From a virus (lineage: Duplodnaviria; Heunggongvirae; Uroviricota; Caudoviricetes), in IMG/VR virus record IMGVR_UViG_2645727811_000003, positions 64,001-119,346 of that record: 55,346 nt of DNA; one strand, given 5' to 3'. Shown here in pieces: positions 28,844 through 36,902 of the stretch. The translations under genes were made by a program, and so were the position numbers. Positions within the stretch are counted from its first letter, which is position 1. The number at the start of each line of letters is the position of its first letter. The notes beneath the pieces are model-generated. The model was not told where the DNA came from and made no database searches. It worked only from the letters and a program-made list of their open reading frames with translations.

Positions 28844-29845
28844 ATGGCGAAAGAAATAAAACAGAATATGATACGCCCCCGTGCAAAGAAGCTGCCTGAT
28901 GTTACTGATGAGATGTGGGTGCAGGTTGATGAGGAGCATAGAAATTTAACAGAAGAATTCTTGGATGCTCACTCATTCCGTGACAAAACGAGAAAGCAGT
29001 ATGCCTCTTCCCTTCGTCAATTCTTCTGGTGGGTGCACGATTCTCTAAATGGAAAGAAACTACACGAAATCACAAAACGCGACTTTATTAAATATCAAAG
29101 TTTTTTAAAAAACAGAGGCATGTCTTCCAGTGGTATCGCACTAAAAAAAGCTGGTGTTTCTTCTTTAAATAACTATATTGAAAACGTCGTGGCTGAAGAT
29201 GATGACAATTATAAAACATTCAGGAACTTTACCCGCGGCCTCCCTGCTATTCCTAAGACAATCACCTATGAAAAAGTAAAAATTACATATGAAGATTATC
29301 AAACAATGATGAAAGCACTTGAAGAAGATGAAAACTATTTAGGGATGGCCTGGCTTGCAACTGCTTTTAATGTAGGAGCTAGAAGAGCTGAAATCATTCA
29401 GTTTAAGACAGAAATCTTAGATTACCCTATCCCTGAAGGCCAGCAATATGTGTTATCGCATAAAGTATTTGGCAAAGGCAGTGGTGAAGGCAAGGTACTG
29501 GAATACATGATCAATACAGAAGCTCTAAAATATTTAAAGCTGTGGCATGAAAAACGCGGGTACGATCATGAATACCTCTTTACCACTACTTACGGTGGAC
29601 AACCAAAGCAAATGTCAGAAACATGGGCTGATTATTTTTGCTCCGATGTTTTGTCAGACATTCTTGGCCGCAGAATCAACCCTCACCTTTTTAAAGCCTC
29701 TTGTATCACCTACTTACTCGAAGTCAAGAAAATCAAGATTGAACTTGTTAGCAAATACATTGCTCAACACGAAGATGTCTCCACTACAATCAAACACTAT
29801 GATCTTCGCGATTTTAAAGAAGAGAAGAATCAAATATTTATGTAA
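28844..29845 (+). CDS. yomM: Tyrosine recombinase/integrase family protein
   Basis: SAM-like N-domain; catalytic R (GARRAE), HLFK in place of HxxR, QH…TTIKHY with Tyr nucleophile; GGTGGTG RBS supports ATG 28844. Confidence 0.88.
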   Translation: MAKEIKQNMIRPRAKKLPDVTDEMWVQVDEEHRNLTEEFLDAHSFRDKTRKQYASSLRQFFWWVHDSLNGKKLHEITKRDFIKYQSFLKNRGMSSSGIALKKAGVSSLNNYIENVVAEDDDNYKTFRNFTRGLPAIPKTITYEKVKITYEDYQTMMKALEEDENYLGMAWLATAFNVGARRAEIIQFKTEILDYPIPEGQQYVLSHKVFGKGSGEGKVLEYMINTEALKYLKLWHEKRGYDHEYLFTTTYGGQPKQMSETWADYFCSDVLSDILGRRINPHLFKASCITYLLEVKKIKIELVSKYIAQHEDVSTTIKHYDLRDFKEEKNQIFM

Positions 29846-29975
29846 AATCACTCTTTTATTCAAAATCAAGATCCCTTCCCTAAAGGGGTTTTGCTTTTGT
29901 GTGAAATTGAACTCTCTATTTTTCTTTTCCCCAGGTTTGATACATGGTATAATTTTCATAAAGGAGATGAGGGCT

Positions 29976-30146
29976 ATGGCAACTGATATGAGGGTTAAAC
30001 CAGTTGTGAGTGGAAAAGACGCAGAAAGATTCTTAGAAAGAGTCAAAAGAAATAACCAAAGAATCGAAGCTAGAAGAGCGAAAAGAAAAGCGATGATGAA
30101 TAGGGTATCAAATGGGAAACAAGAAAATCGACTTGTCAAAAATTAA
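29976..30146 (+). CDS. Small antitoxin-like protein (56 aa)
   Basis: AAGGAG RBS, extended -10 TGGTATAAT; MATDMRVKPVVSGKDAERFL; overlaps the GNAT gene. Confidence 0.72.
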   Translation: MATDMRVKPVVSGKDAERFLERVKRNNQRIEARRAKRKAMMNRVSNGKQENRLVKN

Positions 30147-30666
30147 GGTTCGCCTTATACAAGTAACAGATCATCAAATTATCCAAAATTTCAAATGCGG
30201 AAATTCCACCATAGAAAATTATTTAAAGCAAGATGCCTACTATGACACAATAGATTCTTTTTCGAGCACAAGCTTAGTCTTTTACAAAGAAGATGAAAAA
30301 GAAGACTTAGTAGGCTTTTTTACGTTAAAGAACGAACCTCTAAGAATTAGCATTCCTTCTGATGAGTTGTACCATAACAGCAGTTTAGAAATTGCCAGAA
30401 TAGCGGTAGATGAAAAGCATCAAGAGCATGGTTTTGGGACAGTAATGATAAATACGATTAAAACTCTAGCCCAAACAACGAATCAACGTTTTGTGACTCT
30501 TGATGCTTTAATTGAAAGATATGACTGGTATGTAAAACGAGGCTTTGAAGCTTTCATTGAAAATGAGGCAAAAAGGAGCAATAAAGATGGTTTAGTTTAT
30601 ATGTACTCTGACTTGCTTGATGAAAAGGCTATTAATGCATATCTAGAGGATGAGCAAATTGTCTAG
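30112..30666 (+). CDS. GNAT acetyltransferase, TacT/AtaT-like toxin candidate
   Basis: FKCGN..IENYL, IARIAVDEKHQEHGFG (acetyl-CoA motif), TLDAL, WYVKRGF. Confidence 0.85.
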   Translation: MGNKKIDLSKIKVRLIQVTDHQIIQNFKCGNSTIENYLKQDAYYDTIDSFSSTSLVFYKEDEKEDLVGFFTLKNEPLRISIPSDELYHNSSLEIARIAVDEKHQEHGFGTVMINTIKTLAQTTNQRFVTLDALIERYDWYVKRGFEAFIENEAKRSNKDGLVYMYSDLLDEKAINAYLEDEQIV

Positions 30667-30712
30667 TCATGTTTTTTCTTACCTCGCATAGACTACAGTG
30701 AGGTGATAAAAG

Positions 30713-30838
30713 ATGTGCACAAGCAATCGAAAATCAATTGTCACGGGTAAAGATGCAAAAAAATTTTTGGACAAAGCATTAAAAAAACAAAGATTAGCAG
30801 AAAATAGAAGAAAAAAAAGAAGGCAATCCAAAGACTAA
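30713..30838 (+). CDS. 41-aa paralog of the antitoxin-like protein (not in ORF track)
   Basis: GAGGTG RBS; MCTSNRKSIVTGKDAKKFLDKALKKQR… shares V.GKDA..FL with 29976-30146. Confidence 0.65.
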   Translation: MCTSNRKSIVTGKDAKKFLDKALKKQRLAENRRKKRRQSKD

Positions 30839-30921
30839 AGTGTTTAGTAGGCTTTGTCTTCCCTCTTCCTTCCAACCGAACTAAAGAACTACACTCCCCC
30901 ACTTTTCAGCGAGAGGATTTC

Positions 30922-31536
30922 TTATTTTTCTTGTTCAGAAGGCTTCATTATGAGTGATCCTGCTGCAATGGCTGTGGCATATGTTTCAACAAACTCCTGA
31001 AAGTTGATTCCAAGCACTGCTTCTCCTCCCCATTGAACATATATGCCTATTAACACAAAAAAGTGAATAAAGTGAAATACATAATATTTTGTATTTGGAT
31101 TAAGGGTATTTGCCTTTTTAACACTACTATTTATCTGTTCAGCAGTTATATTTTCATTTTCAAAGTCCTGAGCCTGAATAAATTCATCAGCTTCTTGAAT
31201 ATATTCTTCATTTTCAAGATCATTCAGATCATCAACTGCTATTTCATCTATGAAAGATAAGTTGAGTTTTTGTATATCAAGATTGCGAAAACTCATTTTG
31301 TTTAGGTTTTCTTGAATTCGTTGAACCGAGCTTATATGAGAAGTCAATAAAGAAGATATTTCTATTGGTTTATTGATAAGATGAGTCGGATATTTCTCTG
31401 AGATTAAGCTTAACAGCTTTTGAGATGGGTAACTTTGTTTAAGAACCATCTGTTGTAAGTTTTGATATTTCGCTATTTCTTTTTGAAGATGCTGAACAGG
31501 ACTTGCTATATTTGGTATTGACGTATTCGATTTCAT
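30922..31536 (-). CDS. Hypothetical protein with C-terminal membrane helices
   Basis: 204 aa, AAGGGGG RBS, hydrophobic C-terminus. Confidence 0.75.
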   Translation of the reverse strand: MKSNTSIPNIASPVQHLQKEIAKYQNLQQMVLKQSYPSQKLLSLISEKYPTHLINKPIEISSLLTSHISSVQRIQENLNKMSFRNLDIQKLNLSFIDEIAVDDLNDLENEEYIQEADEFIQAQDFENENITAEQINSSVKKANTLNPNTKYYVFHFIHFFVLIGIYVQWGGEAVLGINFQEFVETYATAIAAGSLIMKPSEQEK

Positions 31537-31625
31537 AATTGTCCCCCTTTATTTTAATAATTAAAGTATAGCATATTGCAACCACGAACAGGAACAAGCG
31601 TTCTCTTTTGTTGAATCATCTCCTC

Positions 31626-31654
31626 TTTAAAATTTTCCACATTTGCTCGATAAT
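31626..31654 (+). promoter_or_regulatory. SigA-type promoter, duplicated at 32186-32214
   Basis: TTTAAA-17 nt-GATAAT within a 46-nt block repeated with identical spacing to the GAGGTGA RBS. Confidence 0.6.
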
Positions 31655-31675
31655 AGGATCGAGGTGAATGATGGG

Positions 31676-32137
31676 ATGTTTAGATGGTGGATTAGGAAAA
31701 GGAATAAACTAAAAAAAGAACCTGAATATTTAGGAGAGGTATTGCTAACATGGCCTGATGAAGAAATACAGAAATACATTAGAGATTATTTTGGTTATAG
31801 TTCTAACAAAAACAAGAAAATTGAGTTACACCGAATTAGACGGCTTGATTTAGATACAATAATACTTGGCATCGCAAGGATGAAAGAAATCGAGGAGTCT
31901 TTCGACAATTCGAAGACGGTTCCCAGTTTCATAGCGGCAACTGTGTTTATGCTTACTCAAGTTTTCAATTTTTATACAGATGACGAAATGTATCGATTGT
32001 TCCTTATTCTGGTGTCTTACATTATTTTCTTCGTTTTTCTATTTGCTATTAAAAATGGTAGCGATCATCGATCAGGAGCAGCTCAATACAGGAGCTTGCT
32101 GGAACAGGTGAAGGCTGAAAAGGAGAAGACATCCTAA
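31676..32137 (+). CDS. Two-TM membrane protein (paralog 1)
   Basis: GAGGTG RBS supports ATG 31676; helical N-domain plus two TM helices. Confidence 0.78.
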   Translation: MFRWWIRKRNKLKKEPEYLGEVLLTWPDEEIQKYIRDYFGYSSNKNKKIELHRIRRLDLDTIILGIARMKEIEESFDNSKTVPSFIAATVFMLTQVFNFYTDDEMYRLFLILVSYIIFFVFLFAIKNGSDHRSGAAQYRSLLEQVKAEKEKTS

Positions 32138-32153
32138 ATGGGTGTCTTTTTTA
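32128..32153 (+). terminator. Rho-independent terminator
   Basis: AAGACATCC-taaat-GGGTGTCTTTTTT; related hairpins near 27881 and 32696. Confidence 0.8.
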
Positions 32154-32234
32154 TTTGGCATATATGGAGGTTTTCCCTCCCCCTCTTTAAAATTTTCCAT
32201 TTGTGTACGATAATCACCTTGAGGTGATTTGGAA

Positions 32235-32693
32235 ATGGATAGTGATGAATATTATAAAAAATATTTAGAAGAGAGTTTAATCAAGTTAAAAACTCGTGAC
32301 CTTATAGAGTTTATTAAAAGAGAATTTCCTGAAGAGGTCAACTATAACCATGAGATTCACCAAAAGAAAGTTGAAGCGTTGAAATCTCTATCAAAAACAG
32401 ACTTATCTGCGGCTATAGCCAGACTAGCTAGAATTCAACGAAAGTTTGATCATACTAAATTGTGGACTATTGGCGCGGTTTTTATTGGTACAGCTCTTGT
32501 TAATTTACAAATTTTATTTAAAGTTAACCTCACAAAAATTTCCGAGGAAAATTATATTAATTATTTAATGTATGGTATTACTGCCTTAACTGTGTGCTTT
32601 GTCTTATATAGGGCTATCAGAAAGGATAAGAAAATATCAGATACAGCAGCATATTTAAAGGATTTGATTGAACAAGTTAAATCAGATAAGTAA
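32235..32693 (+). CDS. Two-TM membrane protein (paralog 2)
   Basis: GAGGTG RBS; IAR..I..FD..K motif shared with paralog 1. Confidence 0.78.
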   Translation: MDSDEYYKKYLEESLIKLKTRDLIEFIKREFPEEVNYNHEIHQKKVEALKSLSKTDLSAAIARLARIQRKFDHTKLWTIGAVFIGTALVNLQILFKVNLTKISEENYINYLMYGITALTVCFVLYRAIRKDKKISDTAAYLKDLIEQVKSDK

Positions 32694-32858
32694 CAAAAGG
32701 CATCTCAATGGTGTCTTTTTATTTTGAATGCAGGTAAAAAACATTGCACCGGAAAAAGTCTGCTAAGATGGAACGACAAAAGCAGACCGCCCGGTCGAAT
32801 TTGACAAGATATTTGCTGATACAAAGCAATACAGATGATACTATAAAAAAGAAACAGA

Positions 32859-33599
32859 TTAATTCTTTTTTGGTGGTTTAATTTGTTGAGATTCGCAATA
32901 ATCATTTATATTAGTTACGATCTCTATAACCATGTTCAAATAAAATTCAAGAGTTTTAACTATAGGTTTACTACTACCTTCAAAGGAAAAGTATGAAGTG
33001 AATTCTCCTTCATACTGATTTATGTAAGGATGGTTATGTGGATTATCAGGATCAAAAGGAACATCATTCACTGTCAAAACCTGCCCTACTCCTTCAAACT
33101 TATTATTCAGCATAGTAATACCCTCTGGGAATGACAAATAATCCAATGTTCCAGAATAGAGCTTTTTGTTTCGTGTGAGTCTTACGTGTTTGGTTTCATT
33201 ACAATGTTTTTTAAAGTCAGTTAACCAGGATGAGCCGATTTCGAACTCTTGGGGCATCTTAAATACTTCATAAAGAAAATTATGGTCTTCCTTTAAGCCC
33301 ACAAAATGTTTATTAACCTGCTCTTCAAAAATTTTTTCTTTTTTATAGGCCGGAAAATATATTTTTCGTTTTATGTATTCAATATTGTCGTAAACTGCCG
33401 AGGCATTTTCAAGACAAAACACTTCAAAGATATAATATGCAGCGTAATCCAAAGAAGAGTTCAAAGCAGCCAAAAAATTTTTAATTTTAAAGGCTAAGGT
33501 ACGTTGCAAATCTTCAGAAGCTAGAGCCTTATGGTGTAATTTAGATATATCCTCTAAAGCCTGTTCTGCTTCATCAAGCAAATAGAGCGCATCCTGCAT
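32859..33599 (-). CDS. HEPN-like helical protein, candidate RNase/defence effector
   Basis: AAGGGGG RBS supports ATG 33599; KNFL.AL.SSLDY, IYFP and WL…CNETKH patterns recall HEPN-fold families. Confidence 0.6.
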   Translation of the reverse strand: MQDALYLLDEAEQALEDISKLHHKALASEDLQRTLAFKIKNFLAALNSSLDYAAYYIFEVFCLENASAVYDNIEYIKRKIYFPAYKKEKIFEEQVNKHFVGLKEDHNFLYEVFKMPQEFEIGSSWLTDFKKHCNETKHVRLTRNKKLYSGTLDYLSFPEGITMLNNKFEGVGQVLTVNDVPFDPDNPHNHPYINQYEGEFTSYFSFEGSSKPIVKTLEFYLNMVIEIVTNINDYCESQQIKPPKKN

Positions 33600-33660
33600 A
33601 GAATAAGTCCCCCTTTTTTCATGAACAAGAATAATATACCAAAGAATAGGTGAAAAGCCC

Positions 33661-33825
33661 ATGAAAAACTATTGTGAAGTTTTAGAAGTATTCGAAGAGG
33701 TTCTTGAAGAGTGGTTTTCAGCTGAATCGATTCTTATAAGCCAATGTGGTGATTGTACTGATGACCTTGAAAAGAGAAAAGAACTGTATAGGCAGCGTTT
33801 TGTTGAGACTTTGAGTGGGAATTGA
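33661..33825 (+). CDS. 54-aa acidic hypothetical protein (not in ORF track)
   Basis: AGGTG 9 nt upstream; MKNYCEVLEVFEEVLEEW…ETLSGN. Confidence 0.45.
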   Translation: MKNYCEVLEVFEEVLEEWFSAESILISQCGDCTDDLEKRKELYRQRFVETLSGN

Positions 33826-33838
33826 TGAACCTCTCCCC

Positions 33839-33859
33839 TTCCCTTATGCTCAAGATAAA
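33839..33859 (+). repeat. Direct repeat copy 1, TTCCCTTATGCTCAAGATAAA
   Basis: Recurs at 34438 and 35542. Confidence 0.85.
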
Positions 33860-33888
33860 TAAGAAGAGAATGATTCCACTCTCTTCAC

Positions 33889-34374
33889 TCAAACTTTTTC
33901 AACTTTTTCCAGATCAAGCCTAAATTGCTTAATTTCATTTTCCATAAGGTCAATGATATTCAAAAATTCAGTGCATACCTGTCGGTCATCAGTAATACCT
34001 GGGTGATCCAATGCAATATGTCTTAAATACAAGAAATCTTCTATGTTCTTGATCGCTTCAGCGACTTTATCTCCAAGCAGATGATAATTTTGATACAATA
34101 TAGGTTTTATTGAATCAAAAAAGATCCTGTCTTTAAAGTGACATGTTCCTTCCTCTGTATCAATGAATACAACATATTCTTTGTTTTGGATATTCAAAAT
34201 TTCATTATAAACGTTCATTCTTTTTAGCTTATATTCTCTTTTAGCCTTCATATTTTCCATTTTTGCTTGTTTTTTAATTTGGAAACTCTGAACAACGAGA
34301 GTCGAGAAAAAAGAAATGGCTCCTCCGACAACAGTACTAACCAAGATTGGTATAAATGATTGTACTTCTTCCAT
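33889..34374 (-). CDS. Hypothetical protein with N-terminal TM helix
   Basis: 161 aa, GGGG RBS, hydrophobic residues about 7-30. Confidence 0.78.
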   Translation of the reverse strand: MEEVQSFIPILVSTVVGGAISFFSTLVVQSFQIKKQAKMENMKAKREYKLKRMNVYNEILNIQNKEYVVFIDTEEGTCHFKDRIFFDSIKPILYQNYHLLGDKVAEAIKNIEDFLYLRHIALDHPGITDDRQVCTEFLNIIDLMENEIKQFRLDLEKVEKV

Positions 34375-34437
34375 AATAGACCCCCATTATTGTAATATGC
34401 AGTTAATTGTACCACGATTTGCTTCTATCAGTGTAAC

Positions 34438-34454
34438 TTCCCTTATGCTCAAGA
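34438..34454 (+). repeat. Direct repeat copy 2, TTCCCTTATGCTCAAGA
   Basis: 17/17 identity to copy 1. Confidence 0.85.
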
Positions 34455-34524
34455 ACATATTGCTATGCTGTGTTTATTCTTTCTCAGCGCACTATAAAGC
34501 TCCCTCACAGAGAGGGAGCCTAAA

Positions 34525-34797
34525 TTAGAGAGCTTTATTTAACTCATGTTTAATCCAAAGTTCGAAGTATTGAGTAGCCTCATCTTCACCTAAATCTTTA
34601 CTTGTTATCGAGAATATCTTACAACCGAAGGGAGCGATTTTTGAAAACTTCATAGGCGGCTCATCCATTGCATGATCCTGAAAGTTAAAATACACGTCCC
34701 AAACATCAACATCTAGTCTCTTTAATCCTACTGCTTCAAGATCTAATCCATTTTTATCGTAACTAATATGTAGATGTTGCGTTTCATCATAATTCAT
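34525..34797 (-). CDS. Probable immunity protein
   Basis: 90 aa acidic protein starting 15 nt after the toxin gene stop, with its own GGAGGG RBS. Confidence 0.7.
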   Translation of the reverse strand: MNYDETQHLHISYDKNGLDLEAVGLKRLDVDVWDVYFNFQDHAMDEPPMKFSKIAPFGCKIFSITSKDLGEDEATQYFELWIKHELNKAL

Positions 34798-34812
34798 TAG
34801 GAAACCCTCCCT

Positions 34813-35436
34813 TTAGAAAATGATATGATGCTTTTTCATGTTAGGCGGCACATGGTAATGAAGTTTATAGGGGCCTCCCGTCTTAACTGGATAATAATCT
34901 AATCTGAAAATTGGTTTTCCGGTAGATTTTAAACGAACTTGAATAATTCTGCCACCACCACCGGGGCCATCAATCTTGTATTTACTCGGCGCCTTTAAAG
35001 CTTTTTCAACATATGGTCTCGCGATTGCCCAGCCTTTTTTCATTCCAGACCTGCCAACTTTGCTAATTAAGACTCTTAAAGCTGTAGCAACAATTGGCAC
35101 CCACATCGGTTTTATTTCAGCGTCCTTAACTTCTTGTTCGGCAAGCACCTGTTCTAACTGCTGAAATACTGGGTCTTCTATTAAAAAATCAAACTCTTTT
35201 TCAAACTCTTCATTATCCAAACTTTGAATATCCGTTTTATTAATCGTTGAAATTGATGGTGTTTCATCAATGATGCTTTTTGGGAAAATCTCATTCAATG
35301 TATTAAGAGTTGAGTTGAAATCAATGCTTTCACCCTCTTTTCCCTCTTCAATTGCTTGAGATAATGGACTTAGAGCACTCATAACCAACACAAAGACCAA
35401 AAGTGAGACAATAGTTTTAATAAACTTTTTCGCCAT
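34813..35436 (-). CDS. Secreted pre-pro-toxin with basic, His-containing C-terminal domain
   Basis: Signal peptide (…LSQA), acidic pro-region, IKPMW boundary, amphipathic helix, then FRLDY…LHYH…HH domain. Confidence 0.72.
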   Translation of the reverse strand: MAKKFIKTIVSLLVFVLVMSALSPLSQAIEEGKEGESIDFNSTLNTLNEIFPKSIIDETPSISTINKTDIQSLDNEEFEKEFDFLIEDPVFQQLEQVLAEQEVKDAEIKPMWVPIVATALRVLISKVGRSGMKKGWAIARPYVEKALKAPSKYKIDGPGGGGRIIQVRLKSTGKPIFRLDYYPVKTGGPYKLHYHVPPNMKKHHIIF

Positions 35437-35541
35437 ATTTGACCTCCTAGTTAATTATTTTCATTCCAAATATATCAATATATGGTATGAAAATCAACAG
35501 TTGATTTTACTTTAAGTAGTCAAATATTACGTGGATGGTGT

Positions 35542-35562
35542 TTCCCTTCTGCTCAAGATAAA
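35542..35562 (+). repeat. Direct repeat copy 3, TTCCCTTCTGCTCAAGATAAA
   Basis: 20/21 identity to copy 1; just upstream of the yomJ -10 element. Confidence 0.85.
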
Positions 35563-35623
35563 CATTCCTGTAGATGAAAATTGTGGTATACTGTAGGCAT
35601 ATTGTTTGATGAGGTGGTTTGGT

Positions 35624-36262
35624 GTGTTTATCGCAATGTTAATTATTGCAGGGTTTATTGTTTTCTTTGGATATGCACTGTCTGAGGGTAAAAAGCAAGA
35701 AGAAAAACAAAAAGAGATTAAAAAAAGTGACCGAAAAAACCTTGATCAATATGATTTAGATTTTTCTCCGAACAAATCATATATAAACCCTGACGGAAAA
35801 ATGAAAATTGCCTTCAATTCAGAAAATGAGCTATTTAAAATATATAGAGTGTCCCCCAATGGGACGATTCATGAAGTTGCTATCCCCTTTGATAAAATTG
35901 TCGATTCAGAGATACTTATTGATGATACAACGGTTATGAAAGCCTCACGAGGTCAACAAGTAGCTGGAGCTTTAATTGGAGGTGCAATTGCTGGTGGAGT
36001 TGGAGCAATTATTGGTGGGAGTTCTCCAAATACCACAAGCTTAAACACTGTAAAAAGAATTCGTTTAAAGATCACAAATGAAGATTTTGAAAATCCAGTT
36101 TATTATATTGACTTCCTCCCTACCCGAGATAAATTAAACCGAAGAATTGATAAAGGCTGGAACAAAGAAGACTCTACAGTGTCTTATGCATTAAAGAAAG
36201 CTGAATATTGGCAAGGTGTTCTGGAATTGGCTATAAGAAAAACAAATCAAGTCGCTCATTAA
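35624..36262 (+). CDS. yomJ: YomJ-like membrane protein (putative immunity/exclusion)
   Basis: IPF…SEI, Gly zipper GALIGGAIAGGVGA, YIDFLPT and AEYW motifs as recalled for SPbeta YomJ; GAGGTG RBS favours GTG 35624. Confidence 0.8.
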   Translation: MFIAMLIIAGFIVFFGYALSEGKKQEEKQKEIKKSDRKNLDQYDLDFSPNKSYINPDGKMKIAFNSENELFKIYRVSPNGTIHEVAIPFDKIVDSEILIDDTTVMKASRGQQVAGALIGGAIAGGVGAIIGGSSPNTTSLNTVKRIRLKITNEDFENPVYYIDFLPTRDKLNRRIDKGWNKEDSTVSYALKKAEYWQGVLELAIRKTNQVAH

Positions 36263-36271
36263 CTGGGCGAC

Positions 36272-36493
36272 TTATTTGTTTTCTTCTTCCTCTTCAACTT
36301 CAAAAAGTTCTTCAATCGTGATCCCAAGAACTCGCGAGATAATAAATAAATGATTATCTAAGTGCTGTTTATTTCGATCAAAGCGATTAATTGCTGATTG
36401 GCTAATACCTGTAATTTGTGAAAGTTTTAATTGCGAAATACCTCTTTCATCTAAAATTTCGTTTAGCCGCGGTTTAGCATTAATAAATTTCAA
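36272..36493 (-). CDS. XRE/Cro family HTH regulator
   Basis: RLNEIL.ERGISQ..LS..TGISQSAINRF; GGAGAG RBS supports TTG 36493. Confidence 0.85.
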   Translation of the reverse strand: MKFINAKPRLNEILDERGISQLKLSQITGISQSAINRFDRNKQHLDNHLFIISRVLGITIEELFEVEEEEENK

Positions 36494-36653
36494 AACAATC
36501 TCTCCAATCGAAACAATAACTGTACATTGAATGTATATTATGTATACATTATGCCCTAACTTAATTTTCATGGCAAGCCAAAAAACATTATTGACTACCC
36601 ATTAATGATTAGTGTAATATGATTACAACAACCGAATGGGAGTTGATAATAAA

Positions 36654-36902
36654 ATGCTGAGCAAAAAAGTATATGGGACTATTATGCTTACAGTGTCGCG
36701 TCAAACAACGGCTTCTAGCAAATGTTTAGCAATACTTGATTCATACTATGCCATATCCGATGATCGAGTTGATTTGACTGAGTTGACTCTACTACACAAA
36801 AATGGAAAAGTTTTAGGGACGGTCAAAGTACATAATGTGAAAATTTCTTGGGATGGATTTAAAAAGGGAGAGAACATCATTGGCTCAAATATACACTCAT
36901 GA
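36654..36902 (+). CDS. Hypothetical protein
   Basis: GGGAG RBS supports ATG 36654; TTGACT…TAATAT promoter-like sequence upstream. Confidence 0.65.
   Translation: MLSKKVYGTIMLTVSRQTTASSKCLAILDSYYAISDDRVDLTELTLLHKNGKVLGTVKVHNVKISWDGFKKGENIIGSNIHS

Noticed and set aside
28844-29845. yomM as the prophage integrase or a prophage boundary
   Set aside because: It is embedded within the tail operon, with phage genes continuing on both sides; SPbeta-type integration uses a serine recombinase elsewhere.
29547-30146. 199-aa ORF as listed in the track
   Set aside because: The first 143 codons overlap yomM out of frame and the intergenic region; only the RBS-led 56-aa part from 29976 is credible.
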